A DNA stretch of 64,000 nt from the human T2T-CHM13v2.0 reference genome, Homo sapiens (GCF_009914755.1 NC_060944.1); one strand, 5' to 3'. Numbered from the stretch's first letter, positions 1-13,255 are shown. A program made the numbers and translations. The notes: generated by a model from the letters alone, not told the origin.

Positions 1-539
1 GTTTCTTCCACTTGTAATTTTATGTGCTTTCATCACAAATCCAAAGGAAAGAATAAAAATTTCTTAACACAACCCAGCGGTTATTTCTTGGGGTCAGAGT
101 CAACCTTCTTTTGACAGGGAAAGTGGTGGGAGCGGGCATAATGCCAGTCTTTAGGGCCATCATGCCTACCCTGACAGGGCACATCCATGCCTGTAAAGGA
201 TATTGGGATGCTGCAATGTGTGTGCCAGAGGACACAGTTGTCCTTGCTATCATTCCACCACCCTCCATCCAGGAGTGGAATTACACTTGCCATTGTTTGC
301 GTAATGGAGACCCTCTCTTCCTTTCTCTCTCCCTTCCTTTCTCCCTGTCTTCCTTGACCAAAGTTAAGCAAGGCAAAACAGTCAAAAGTTTTCTGACATA
401 AGTTGCAGTGACAAGAACTGACAGAGCACTTGATGTAAATTTTCTTATAAAACAGATTTTAAAAGTGTTTACAATATTGATAGGATAAGAAATGTATGTG
501 TGAGTTTTATGTAAATGTTCCAGAGGCACCCCAAATGCA

Positions 540-627
540 ATGTATTAGGTACTTATTTCTGTGTTACAAATGGCTCTAAAATCTAGGGGCTTAAAACAAT
601 CAGAATTATCTCTTATCTCTTAGCTTC
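540..627 (-). mobile_element. MLT1-type MaLR LTR, 3' part, split by L1 insertion
   Basis: tgtattag...tgttacaaat...ggcttaaaacaa is the reverse-strand MLT1 terminus; the element resumes at 2976. Confidence 0.65.
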
Positions 628-629
628 TC

Positions 630-2975
630 AAAAAAAAATGTGTGGGTACCTAGTAGGTATATATATTTATAGGGTACATGAGAGAGAGATGTTGATACAG
701 GCATAAAATGTGTAATAATTACATTAGGGTAAATGGGGTATCCATCACCTCAAGCATTTATCCTTTCCTTGTGTTAGAAACAATCCAATTATACGCTTCT
801 AATTATTTTTAAATGCACAAGTTAATTGACTGTACTCACCCTGTTGTGCTATCAAACACTAGATCTTATTCATTCTGTCTAACTACATTTTTGCTCGTAT
901 TAATCATCCTCACTCCCTCTTTTCCCCAACTACCCTTCCCAGCCTCTGGTAACCATCCTTCCACTCTCTATCTTCATGAGTTCAGCTATTTTAATTTTTA
1001 TATCTTAAGAATAAGTAGGACATGTGACGTTCGTCTTTCTGTGCCTGGCTTATTTCACTTACCGTAATGACCTCTGGTTCCATCTACGTTGTTGCGAATG
1101 ACAGGATCTCATTTTTAATGGCTGAATCGTACTCCATTGTATATATGTTATCATGTTTCCTTTATCCAGTCATCTGTTGATGGACACTTAGATTACTTTC
1201 AAATCTTGGCTATGATAAACAGTGCTGCAACAAACATGGTAGTGCAGATATCTCTTCAATGTACTAATTTCTTTTCTTTTGTATATGCCTAGAAATGGGA
1301 TTGCTGGATCATATGGTAGCTCTACTTTTAGTTTCCCAATGAATCTCCAAACTGTTCTCCATAGTGCTTGCACTAATTTACATTCCCACCAATAGTTTAC
1401 AAGGCTTCCCTTTTCTCCTCATTCTCATCAGCATTTATTTTTCTCTGTCTTTTGGATAAAAGCCATTTTAACTGGGATAAGATGATATCTCATTGTAGTT
1501 GTTTGATTTGCATTTCTCTGATAATCAATGAGGTAGAGTATACCCGTTTGCCATTTGTATGTCATCTTTTGAAAAAATGTCTATTCAGATCTTTTGCTCA
1601 TTTTTAAATTGGATGGATTTCTTTTCTATAGAATTGTTTGAGCTACTTATATATTCTGCTTATTAATCCCTTGGGAGCTGGGAAGTCTTAAAATGTTTTC
1701 TCCCATTCTGTGGATTGTCTCTTCACTTTGTTGATTGTTTCCTTTTCTGTGTAGAAGATTTTTAATCTGTGTGATCCCACTTGTCTATTTTCCCCCCAGT
1801 TGCCTGCACTTGTGGGGTATTCCTTAAGAAATCTTTGTCCACTTCAATGTCCTGGAGAGTTTCCCCAATATTTTATCTTAGTAGTTTCATAGTTTCAGGT
1901 CTTAGATTTAAGTCTTTAGTCCATTTTGATTTGATGTTTGTATATGGTGAGAGATAGAGGTCAAGTTTTATTGTTCTGTATATGGATATACAGTTTTCCC
2001 AGCACCATTTATTGAAGAGACTGTCCTTTCTCCAACATATGTCCTTGGCACCTTTGTTCAAAATGAGCTCACTGTAGATGTAGTGATTTATTTCTGGGTT
2101 CTCTACTCTGTTCCATTGGTCAATGTGTCTGTTTCTATGCCAGCACCATGCTGTTTGGGTTACTATAGCTCTGTAGTATAATTTGAAGTCAAATAATGTG
2201 GCCTCCCCAGTTTTGTTCTTTTTGCTCATGACAGCTTTGGCTATTCTGGGCCTTTTGTGGTTCCACATAAATTTTAGGATTTTTTTTTTCTATTTCTGTG
2301 AAGAATGTCATTGGTATTTTGATAGGGATTGCACTGAATCTGTAGATTGCTTTGGGTGATATGGACATTTTAACAGTATTGATTCTTCCAATCCATGAAC
2401 ATGCAATATCGTTCCTTTTTCTTGTGTCCTCTTCAATTTCTTGCATCAATGTTTTGTAGTTTTTATGGTACAGATCTTTCAGTTCTTTGGTTTAAATTTA
2501 TTCCTAAGTATTTTACTTGTAGCTATTATAAATGGGATTATCTTCTCGATATCTTCTTCAGATTGTTCACTGCTGGTATATAGAAATGCTATTGTTTTTT
2601 GTATGTTAACTTTATATCCTGCAACTTTACTGAATTTATTTCTCAGTTCTAATAATTTTTGGTGGAGTCTTAGCTTTTTACAAATATAAGATTATATCAT
2701 CTGCAAACAAGGATAATTTGATTTTTCCTTTCCAATTTGGATGCCATTTATTTCCTTCTCTTGTCTGATTGTTCTAGCTAAGACTTAAAGTACTGTGTTC
2801 AACAACAGCGGTGAAAGTGGGCATCCTTCTCTTGTTCCAGATCTTAGAGGAATGACTTACCATTTTTTTCAATTCAGTGTGATACTAGCTATAGATTTGT
2901 CATATATGGCTTTTCCTTCTGTGTCCAGTTTTGTTAGGGCTTTTATCACAAAGTGATGCTGAATTTTATCAAATG
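630..2975 (-). mobile_element. 5'-truncated L1 (L1MA2/3-like): ORF2 3' part plus 3' UTR
   Basis: Minus ORFs give L1 ORF2 peptides ([11 protein letters not shown]..., [20 protein letters not shown]); L1MA-type 3' UTR at 640-960; degenerate TSD ttatctcttagcttct (612-627) / ttatctcacaggtttt (2976-2991). Confidence 0.93.
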
Positions 2976-3470
2976 TTATCTCACAGGTTTTTTGAGTCAG
3001 GAATTCAGAGAGGGCAAAGCAGATATGGCTTGTCTCTATGATATCTGGGGCCTCAGCCAGAAGATTAGAGGTCTAGGGCTAGAATCCACTCACACATCTA
3101 GTGGTTGATGTTGTATCAAGTGGGAGCCTAGCTGGGGCTCTGGGGTGGAATACTTGCTCATGCCCTTTCTATGGAGAAGCCTGGGCCTGGGCTTTTTCAC
3201 AATATGGTAGCTGGATTCCAAGGAAGAGCCTCCTGAGAGAGCCAGACAGAAACCATCAACATTTTTATAACCAAGCCTCAAAGTTACATACATCACTTAT
3301 GCCAGACTCTATTCATTGGTGCTATCACAAGCCTCTTCCCAGATTCAAGGTGCAGTAACAAACATAGACCCCATCTTACCTTGGGAACACAGTTGATCAT
3401 CCTGAAGAAGTACATGAGGGATGGAATGAATATATAGGCATGACCATCTTTAAAAAATATAATCTGCCAC
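2976..3470 (-). mobile_element. MLT1-type MaLR LTR, remainder
   Basis: gtcaggaattc...ctggggcctcagc...cagattcaagg...aatctgccaca MLT1 motifs. Confidence 0.75.
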
Positions 3471-3836
3471 ACACAGTATGCATGAAGCCGAATTTGTGTT
3501 ACCTTCAAAGCTGCTCCACCTCCTTTGCTTTCTACATCAGTGAACAAAACCAGTATTACAAATCACACTCCAGCCTACACAACCTTATGGACCATTCCAC
3601 CTCATAGGCTTTTTAACTACCATTTCTTTCAACTGCTTCATCCATCCTTTCTCTTTCTCTTAAATCACTCCCCCAGTACACGCACACAGACACACAAGTT
3701 CCTTTGGTTCCCTCCTTTCCCTGGCTAACTTCTATTTATCGTTCAGTTTATAACATAAATGTCAATTCCTCTAGGAACCATTCTTGGATCCACCAAAGCT
3801 TCTGCCAGGCCCCTTCATCTATTCTCCCAATGCAAC

Positions 3837-4465
3837 CTGTATCAGTCACCCACTGCTGCATAACAAGCCACAGCAAAACTTGATGTTTGAAATAACTACC
3901 ACTTACTATTGGTTGTGGGCCTATGGATGGGTAGATGGCTCTGCTGATCTGAGCTGGGCTGGGCTTATCTCAGCTGGGCTCATCTATGCCGCTACGGTAA
4001 GCTGAGAGCTATCTGGTGGCTGATCATGGCTAGGCTCATTGACATGTCTGGGGCCTTGGCTGGAACAACCGGGCTGATGTGACTCTAATTCATAGGATTT
4101 CTCATCCTCTGGGAGATAAAATGGGTATCCAATAAAATATTCTCCAACTATTAAAAAGAGTTAAATACTGATACATGCTAAAACACAGACAAATCTTTAA
4201 AACTTTATGCTAAGTGAAAGAAGCCAGATGGAAAAGGTCACATATTGTATAAATCCAGTTGTATGAAATGTATGGCTTTTTCACATGTCAGAGGCAGGAT
4301 ATAAAGAACACATAAAAGTGCTCAAGGTCTCTTGAAGTCTAAACTCAGAACCATGCACCATCACTTCCACCACATTCTATTGGTGAAAATAAGCCAAAAG
4401 GCCAGCCCAGATAAAGAATAAAAGGAGCCTCCAATGTCACAAGGAAAAAGATGTAGACACAGGGT
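3837..4465 (-). mobile_element. MLT1-type LTR interrupted by a 160 bp L1-derived insert (4112-4271)
   Basis: tgtatcagtca...gctgcataacaa start; catcacttccaccacattctattgg...ggccagcccagat motif. Confidence 0.7.
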
Positions 4466-4717
4466 TGTTACTAAGGTAATCAATCCAGCAATGCCTTGTT
4501 ATTTCTTCCACATAGAGAGTGCATGCCAACTCCATGTAATGGCCTTCTTACTAAATACATCCTCCATGGACACCTTTGATGTCAGATGTCATGTCTCATT
4601 TACGATGAATCTGCACACTCACCCTAATGTCATAACTTAATAAATATTGCATTTACAGTGAATAAATCCATTTGCTTATCTAGCTATTAGTGCTACATTA
4701 GAGGAAAATAAACAATT

Positions 4718-5080
4718 GGCTAGGTACAAAGGCTCATGCCTGTAATCCTAACACTTTGGGAGGCAGAGGTGGTTGGATTGCTTGAGCTCAAGAGTTCAAG
4801 ACCAGCTTGGGAAGCATGGTGAGACCCAATATCATTTTTCCTATTTTAAATATAATTTTTTTCCCTTTCCTAAAATAGAAAAAATTAGCTGGGCATGGTG
4901 GCATGCACCTCTAGTCCCAGCTACTTGGGAAGCTGAAGTTAAGAAAATCACTTGAGCCCAGAAATTCAATGCTGCAGTGAGCCATGATTGTACCATTGCA
5001 CTCTAACCTGGGAGACTTAGAGCAATACCCTGTCTCAAAAACAAACAAACAACAACAACAAAAACAAACAAACACAAAGC
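4718..5080 (+). mobile_element. AluJ with an insertion in the linker and a (CAAA)n tail
   Basis: ggctcatgcctgtaatcc...gagctcaagagttcaagaccagc...gcagtgagccatgattg. Confidence 0.9.
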
Positions 5081-5504
5081 AAGACCAGAAAAAGAAACAA
5101 CTGATATCTCAATTATCTCAATAATAAATGTCATTAAGTCAATGCTACAATGCTATTTAGGTACTTTCTGAGTCAGCAACACTATAATAGTAAGGCTAGA
5201 CTACACAGGAGCCACACTCTTTGCCTTTGACTTAGGGTACCAACTCCAAAACATGAAAGAGCTAGTAACTGATGAAACCAAATATTATTTTCTGAGACAT
5301 TGGTGAAGAAAGTGGGGCTTACCTTAGATCCTGGGGTTACCAAGCAGACTCTTTTTGCCCATAAGAGAAAATTCAGGAGCAATTCTTGCCCCTGAACATT
5401 CATGTATTGTTAAATTGCTTCTTTGAACACTCTGGATATTGTATCTGTTTGTTTGTTTTATGTTTCTCTCTGATTCTGGATCTTTTATTCTTTTTAATAT
5501 TGTA

Positions 5505-5687
5505 TTTAATTTTTTTAGAGGCACGGTCTCTAAAAAAGGCATAGTCTCACTCTGTCACCCAGTCTGGAGTGCAGTGGTGCATTCATAGCTCACTGAAGTT
5601 TCAAACTCCTGGGCCCAAGCAACCCTCCCACATCAGCCTCCTAAGTAGCGGGGACTGCAGGTGTGCACAATCTAGCTAATTTTTTAA
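5505..5687 (-). mobile_element. AluJ right arm / FRAM fragment
   Basis: gtctcactctgtcacccagtctggagtgcagtggtgc...ctcctgggcccaagc. Confidence 0.8.
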
Positions 5688-6510
5688 ATAACAACTTTAT
5701 AATTCATGTTCCATAAAGTACACTGTTTTACAAAGTACACACTCCAGTGATTTTTAGTGTAATCACAGTTTCTTATTAATCATCACCCTAATTTCAGAAC
5801 ATTTTCATCACCCCAAAAAGAAACCTCATACCCATAAGAAAACACTTCTCATTCCCTCCCCCAAACATTCTCTCTTCAGCCCGTGAAAACCATTAATTCT
5901 TTTTCTGTCTCTGTGGATTTGCCTATTCTGGACATTTCATACAATTGAATTTATACATTATGTGACCTTTTCCATCTGGCTTCTTTCACTTAGCATAAAG
6001 TTTTCAAGATTCATCTATCAGTATTTAACTCTTTTTAATAGTTGGAGAATATTTTATCGGAAATATATTTTATTTATTCATTCACACCTGATGGACATTT
6101 GGGTTGCTTCCATTTTTTGGTTATTATGAATAATGCTGCTATGAACATTTGCATACAAGTCTTTATGTGGAAATATGTTTTCAGCTTCTCTTGGGTATAT
6201 ACTTAGGAGTAGAATTGCTATGTTATATGGTAACTCTATGCTTAACCCTTTGAGGAACTGCCAAACTGTTTTCCAAAGTGGCTGTACTGCTTTAAATACC
6301 CAACAATGTATGAAGCTTCCAATCTCTCACATTCTTGCTCACACTTGTTTTCTGTCTTTTTGATTATTAATATCCTAGTGGGTGTGGAATAATGTCTCAC
6401 TGTGGTTTTCATTTGCATTTCTCTAGTAACTAATATGTTGTGTATCTTGACCATATGCATATCTTCAGTGGAATGTCTGTTCAAATCCTTTGCCCATTTT
6501 TAATTGGTTG
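5688..6510 (-). mobile_element. L1MB 3' end
   Basis: acattttcatcaccccaaaaagaaacc, ggatttgcctattctggacatttcat; minus ORF REMQMKTTVRHYSTPTR matches the ORF2 C-terminus. Confidence 0.88.
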
Positions 6511-8009
6511 AATATTTGTTTTTAAATCTAGGTCTCCTTTCTTGATTTTTGGCCTCTGGTGATTTTGTGGCTGTCCATCACAAAACCTCATCTTAGGAAG
6601 GCTCTTTCAATTATTATTTCTCCGAGGCTACTGAACAGCTGTAGGTTGCATAGAAATAGTCCTGGTTGTTTTCTATGTGACTCCAGAAAGCCATTTGTCT
6701 GCTTATTGTTTTACTAAATGTCAAATATTTGTTTATTTCCCCAGACTTCTCTTTCTTCTAAAATTAGAGTACATAAAATGTCTGATAAATGTGAGTTGCA
6801 TTAACTTGCATCCAGTAAATTTCTTACAGAAGAAAATGTATTTATTAAGGGCAAGTGAAAGTTTGAATATTGCAATGGCGATCTTAGCCCCACACACTTT
6901 AAAAGTTGAAGCAAATTACATAACACATTATCCAACTGATGCTGTCAAGAAATTCAATGTGTCAATAAGAAACACACCAATAACAAAGGAAAACAAATTA
7001 CCAATTAAATTATGACTCCTCATCAAACATAAAGGCATTCAATACAATTTCAGGAAGGTTAAAAGCAAAAGTATATCTTAGAATCAGTGAAATATCATAA
7101 TTTGGTTTCTTTTTTTTACTTCCAAAACTACCTGTTCTATAAGAACCTATGGTTGTACGTTAATTTATTTAAAACCAATAGAAAGCACAATCTCCAGGCA
7201 GGATTGTATTCAAAGTAAAAATACCCCAAGACCAGAAAAATAGCTGGAAAGCAGAGATAAGTTTGTACTAAACTTGCTACAAAAAGTGCCCAAGTAAGAT
7301 TTGATTCATAATCTACCAGAGTCTCTTAACATTGCTTTCATCCCCTCTTTGTCTCTCTCGTGATTGTCACTGATAAAGAAACTGCCACCAAAACCACCCT
7401 TAAAACCCAGCTTGTACAGCTCTTGCCTTTTCTCCCCTCACCCTCATCTCTGTATTTACTCTATTTTCTTGAACCATCTTTAATCTTTGCATGAATCCTT
7501 TAAGCTTTCCAATGTGAATCACTGTATTCTTTCTGAATGCTCTAGTGTTGCTTCATTCAGCCCCCCAAAGGCTCACAAATAAAGCAGGCAAAAATAGAAT
7601 TATCTTTACACTGGGAGAGGCTACAGCTACACCTTCGTTAACATATTTTCCAGTAATATACTCAATCAACACATATTTAATAAACACCTACTATATTCTA
7701 GGCATTGATTCTGCCATAGGCTCAGTCAGATTTAAAGTGCATGTTTCTTGGTAATAATCATTCTCAGGTAAGTATATCTTTAAGTCCACTCTCTGTGCCT
7801 CTACTCAGACTCTGTGTCTCTACCCCAACACAGTTTGACAGAAGGAAGGGTCTATTTCTCTTTTCTCACAGCTAGGCTAATGCTATGCAAGTATGCACTC
7901 TTGCACGCTCACACACACACACATACAAACCCCAGATTGTGGCAGAGGGTCTTCAGCATCGAATGGTATTTACCATCTTTTTATCCTCACTTGCAATTTA
8001 CACGCAGCA

Positions 8010-8620
8010 AACGGCCACCCCAAGTTTTGGAACCTAGGATATAGCCCAAGAGACAGTTTATGAGTTCAAGTAGTTTATTTGGGAGATGAATTTGTACCGA
8101 AATCTCTATTAAAAATGCCAAACTAGGATTGATTCACAACACATTACAAAGTCTCTACTTTCCCCATCTTTTCATCTCCCTGTTTATTACAGTCACAGAT
8201 TAAAGACCTGCCCCTAACATTTCCCTCAATTCCCAGTTGATTTATTCCATTTTCTTTCTTTCTTCTATTTTCTTTAAGTGAGGTGGGAGTGTGAGGAAAG
8301 TTATTTTGATGACTGGGTTATCACTGTGAACAAAAGTGCTCAAGCCCCCCAGTCAAACTCAAAAGGCCTTAGGTGCACCCCTCACAGTTAACTCACCAAG
8401 ACATGAAGAAGCTGGGACATTTACCCACCATTTCCCATCACTCATTAGTTGAGGCTTTCTGCTCAGGCACTAGCTCCTTAACACTTCCAACTTGTGCAAT
8501 TTATTAGCCAAGCATGCTCCTGTGGCAAGAAAGCATCCTCAGGCAGAAATAAAAAACTCTTTAGGTGAAGAGAGATTTTTCTCAGGTGATCTCTGAAGAA
8601 GGCTAAGGGCTACATCCTAA
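8010..8620 (-). mobile_element. Old ERVL LTR (LTR16-like), interrupted
   Basis: gagttcaagtagtttatttgggag and gaagctgggacatttacccacca...cattagttgagg motifs. Confidence 0.45.
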
Positions 8621-9112
8621 CACCCAACATGTCAAGAAAGGTTGCATTCCATCTGTAAGTAACATACACGGAAGAGTTAGGTAAACTGGTTTCCATAAAG
8701 CTACCTATGCACTAGGAATTATAGATCTTTAATTGTTAAACCTCAAGGCACCCCCTTGCCCAACTCTGAGACTTATATGTGACCATAATTATAGCTTGAC
8801 TCATCCTCAAATGGAAGGACCCAGGGAATAAGCCTATGCCAGCCCTAGAATTGGGCTTGGAAACATTTGAGCCAGGAATTCTAGGGTGCTGGTTATAGTC
8901 TAAAAAGGGTATGTTGCCTCCAGTTTGGCATTAGGCCAAACAGATTTCTCCTTGTGGGGTAGACACAACCAGGCAAAGGCCAGAGTTAAGACCTCTAAAG
9001 CATGAGGCCCAAGGCAAGCACTTCTCTTGCCTGGATCCAGGACAGTATTGCTTCCAAACATAAGCAGCTGGATAATATCAAAAATATTAAATAATATAAT
9101 ATTGTCCCTATC

Positions 9113-9550
9113 TGATATGGCTTGGATGTTTGTCCTGTCCAAATCTCATGTTGCACATGTTGAAATGTGATTCTCAATGTTGGAGGTGGGGCCTAGTGGG
9201 AGGTCATTGAATCATGGGAGTAGATCCCTCATGAATGGTTTAGCACCATCCCTTTGGTGATAAGTGAGTTCTTGCTCAGTTAGTGCACATGAGACCTGGC
9301 TGTTGAAACATCCGAGACCTCATTTCTCTCTCTGTCTCTTGCTCCCACTCTGAACGTGTGACATGCTGGCTTTCCCTTTGGCTTCCACCATTAGTAAGAG
9401 CTCCCTGAGCCCCTCACCAGAAACTGAGCAGATGCCAGCACTATGCTTCCTGTACAGCCTGCCAAACTGTGAGCCAATTAAACCTCTTTTCTTTATCAAT
9501 TGCTCAGCCTCAGGTATTTCTTTATAGCAGTGCAAGAATAAACTAATACA
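9113..9550 (+). mobile_element. MSTB-like MaLR solo LTR
   Basis: tgatatggcttggatgtttgtcc...aattaaacctcttttc...aactaataca termini. Confidence 0.9.
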
Positions 9551-10779
9551 CCATATGATCTTTCATTTACTCAAAAGTCAAGCCTTTCTGTGTTTCATGT
9601 CTCAGAGAATAAAAGCAGTAAGGTGGAAAGCTGAAAGTCTGTGAATCTCTTCCTGGCATTTCTCATTCAAAAACCTGAATAATTGGAAGAATGGAAAGGA
9701 TTCCAGTTATGGACAAAATGTTGAAAGAAATCATGAAACAAAATAATGTCTGCCTGATCTGAGAAAAATAAACAAAATAAACAGACATGGGGGGTGGGTA
9801 TGTTAAAAGTATAGATGTCAGAGGTTCTTGAGAAAGAAATTTAGTCTCTTTATGCAAAACACCAAAGAAAGAACGAGATCTCAGAGGGACCACAGTCAAC
9901 CTTAGCAAATTGTACTAAGGCAGCTTCAATAAATCCCTATATTCTAGTGTGGCATGGAAACAACAGAAAAATTCCAGAATTCCCAAGGTTGAAACAGACA
10001 AAGCAGTGAGAACGATTGAATATAAATGGACTAGGAGGACAGCAACAACGTAGAGTGGTGGATGTCTCAGCAGAGGCCTGCATAGAAAGACGACATTGAG
10101 GATCAGTGGGTTCTCCTTCTGGCACATCTTAGCGCTGTGTAAGCCTCTTGGAATTTAGCTACAACTGAAAATAAGTGAGTTTCTCTTAGCAGATGGGCAC
10201 TAAAAAAATGAACTATTGAGTTACATAAAAACATCTTACCAAAAGCTTCTGAATCATGAAGAGAGTCATTTATACCCAAAATGACTGAGCTTATCCGAAA
10301 TGTCCTTTAAGACCTGAAGGAATACACATGTATATGACACGAAAGATAAAAGGTTGTTCCACTGGCCAACTATGATGAAGAAAGAGCTCCCTTAGAGATT
10401 CCCATGTTGACCACTGATTTTTCTTCTCAGTGCTTGAAACCTTGCTGATAATGTTTTCTTAAATTTCCAGATTTGCCCTTCCTCTTCTTCTAAGATTTGG
10501 GCACACCTGAATATTTACCTTAATATGCTTAATGCCATACACTGTCCTTTCTATTCCAATGGCCCGTTACGGTAGTCTGTGGTCCAGTATATTGTATTAT
10601 CCTACTTATTATGTGCTGGATTCTAATTCTGAGGAAAGAAAGCCATTGTTTATGCTGTTTATCTTATTTACTGCCTGCCTAAGCACTGCATAATGCAAAG
10701 GGAGATTAGATAACCACATGTTAGCTATTCCAGCTGTCCATGGCCTCTCAAATCCTCTCTGCTTTTTGAAAGTTCCTTC

Positions 10780-11900
10780 TTATGTCATTCAGCACATCAA
10801 CTTTATAATGGCCTCTGAGACAGCTACCATTTTCAGTTAGCTTCCTAGTTCCCAATTTTCCTAACCTATCTTCCAATTTAATGATTCTCTTTTCAGCTGT
10901 GTCTAATTTGCTGTTAAATCTGTCTGTTGAGTTGTTTGCTTTTTGTTTCAGCTCTTGCATATTTTTATTTCTAGACATTTTTTGGCATTCTTTTGGAAGT
11001 GCTAGATCACTCTTCATAGTTTTCTGTTCCCTGAACATTATTTCTACTTGTCTTTTTTTCCTTTAAGTATAGTAAGATGTTTTATAAATGTCAGCTTCAC
11101 AGGTTAGTTTCTACTGGTTCCTGCTTAAAGTGCTTTATTGTCTTGTGTGTTTAATTTTTACTGAATAGTACTTATTTTCCTTGAAAAATTATTTATGGCC
11201 ATTCTCTAGGATCTAGGATGGAAGTGCCTTCTGAGAGAAAGAATTCATGTTTGTTTCTACATGGTGCCTAGGGGAGTAGCTAACCTAGATCTCTTCAGTG
11301 TTTGTTTGTCTATTTTTGATTTGGTTTTGTTTTTTAATGTGTCTAAACCACTAATGTATACAATATCTCATTTTAAGAATACAATTTCTGATCTTGCCAC
11401 TGCACTCCAGCCTGGGCAACAAGGGAGACTCCGTCTCAAAAAAAAAAAAAAAAAAAGAATACAATTTCTTGTGAGGCCAGTTTTGCAGATACAGCCTTTT
11501 TGGGAAAACTTTTTCCCTAGCTGAGAATCAAAGAAACTTTCTTTGCAGGCCCTATCATAAAGACAGTGTTAAGATTACTTCTAATTTTTCTTTATCCTAA
11601 TTTTGAATCCTTTGGGACACCTGCTTAATGGTCAAATGGCCTCTTATTAGACTTTCTGATTTAAATTAACTCAGACTTTCATTTTTATCTGTCCCATGGG
11701 GCCATCAAAATTGAAGTTCAAATTTGCCAGGATTGGTAAACAATGCCTTCAGTGCTCTACTTACCTCTCTGGATTCTAGATTTCCCTTAGAGTTTGGCCT
11801 GATAATTACATGCTATCTTGTATCTTCATTATTTTTAAAAGGTTTTGTTTTCTACTTTATCTAGTACTTTAGTTGTTGTCTCAGAAAAGTTATTGAGTTC
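10780..11900 (-). mobile_element. HAL1 / old L1 ORF1-region fragment
   Basis: Minus ORF 10748-11038 contains FNSKLDTAEKRIIKLEDR, resembling the L1/HAL1 ORF1 coiled coil. Confidence 0.6.
11390..11454 (+). mobile_element. Severely 5'-truncated Alu (last ~48 nt plus polyA)
   Basis: gccactgcactccagcctgggcaac...actccgtctc plus A-tail; perfect 15 bp TSD aagaatacaatttct (11375-11389 / 11455-11469). Confidence 0.92.
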
Positions 11901-12579
11901 CTACTGGATATATTTGAACATTTTTAACTATTTTTCTGAAAAATACATTCAGTGATACCCAGACCTGGCCCTGCATCTGGTTAACATGAAATGTTTACTC
12001 TTAGTCTCCTGGGAAAGTAGCCAATCAAAGTCTAAAAATGAAGTGGCTCATTTGTTGTTTGGGGACACTCCATAGCATCACACTCATAGCAACTAGATAG
12101 AAAAATATCAGGTAGGGATGGCAAAGCCTTCTTCTATAATCTAAAGACCTTCAAGTTGTCAAATGTATGTATGATATCCTTGTAAGCTAAATTTAGCACC
12201 TAGAGCTCCAGTTTCTGTCTAAGATGTGTAAAAACTCATCTAGCCTGACAGTTCCCTGTTGGCTGCACCTCTGAGAAGTCAATTATTCTCAACAATGCCA
12301 ATTTTAATTTATCCACCCTAAATTACTCCCAAATTTCTATGTGTATTTTTAATAGAAGGTATAATACCAAATTTAAGTGCTAATGGCTTTCTGGACAGTG
12401 ATATAAAACCTGACCCTTGGTCATCAAATTGCCTGAGGAAACAGATGTTTTGATTACATTATATTTTTCACTAAGAAATAAGTATAAGATCAATTATTCT
12501 TTATTTTATCTCCAGGGCTTATAGTAGGGCCAGGCACAATTAATGACAATTAATAAAGGTTGAATAAATTAATTAACCT

Positions 12580-13110
12580 GTGGTAGATTGGTTGCAAAAA
12601 AAAAAAATGGCACTAATTCTTCACAGACTTCCTGTATTTTTATAATGTGACTTTGCAGATCTTGCCATGAAGAGGCCATGTCTCTTCTCTATCCCTGAAT
12701 CTGGGCTGGTCTTAAGATAGGCCTTGGCTAAGAGAGTGAGTTACTCTATTATTACAGGTCCCAGATTAGGCCTCTTTTTTTTTTTTTTTTTTTTTGGAAT
12801 CCCGTTACCACCATGAGAACAGGCCTTTGCTAGCCTGTTGGAGGAAGAGAAACCTCATAAAGCAGAGTTAACCTCATTTTCCCAGCTGAAGGACCAAACA
12901 TAAGATAGAGCCCAACCAGGATCAGTTCAGCCACCTAGCCAAGCAGCAGCTGACCACCCAGCTGAGTGAGCCCAGCTAAGGTAGCAGAGCTGGTTCAAAG
13001 CAGCGGAACTTTCTAGCCAATCTGCAAACTTGTAAGCATTAATGAATGATTTTTTTGTTTTAGCCACTAAATTTTGGAGTGCTTCATTTACAGCAGTAAC
13101 TAACTTGCAC
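12580..13110 (+). mobile_element. MLT1 (H-like) solo LTR
   Basis: tgtggtagattgg...gaatctgggctggtctt...ttagccactaaattttggagtg...cagcagtaactaac. Confidence 0.75.
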
Positions 13111-13149
13111 AAAATCATTGTTACAAACCCTTCTAGGGGTATTTTAAAA

Positions 13150-13255
13150 GAAAGGACACCAGGTTGGGAATCAGAAGTCTTCAATTCCATTTCACTCTCT
13201 GCCATGAGTTTGTTGGTCTTGCACAAAACAGGCCTTCTCTGTGCCTTAGATTTGA
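13150..13255 (+). mobile_element. MIR fragment
   Basis: gggaatcagaag...tctgcca...tctctgtgccttag core similarity. Confidence 0.45.

Noticed and set aside
1188-2449. L1 ORF2-like peptides, also at 38590-39579
   Set aside because: Fragmented by stops and frameshifts; these are dead L1 remnants.
9660-10180. Purine-rich unique stretch ending in aagtgagt, a possible splice donor
   Set aside because: The frames I read contain stops and show no recognisable homology; an exon cannot be supported without transcript data.
12775-12796. Poly-T run inside an MLT1 LTR
   Set aside because: No attached element or TSD; a simple homopolymer expansion.
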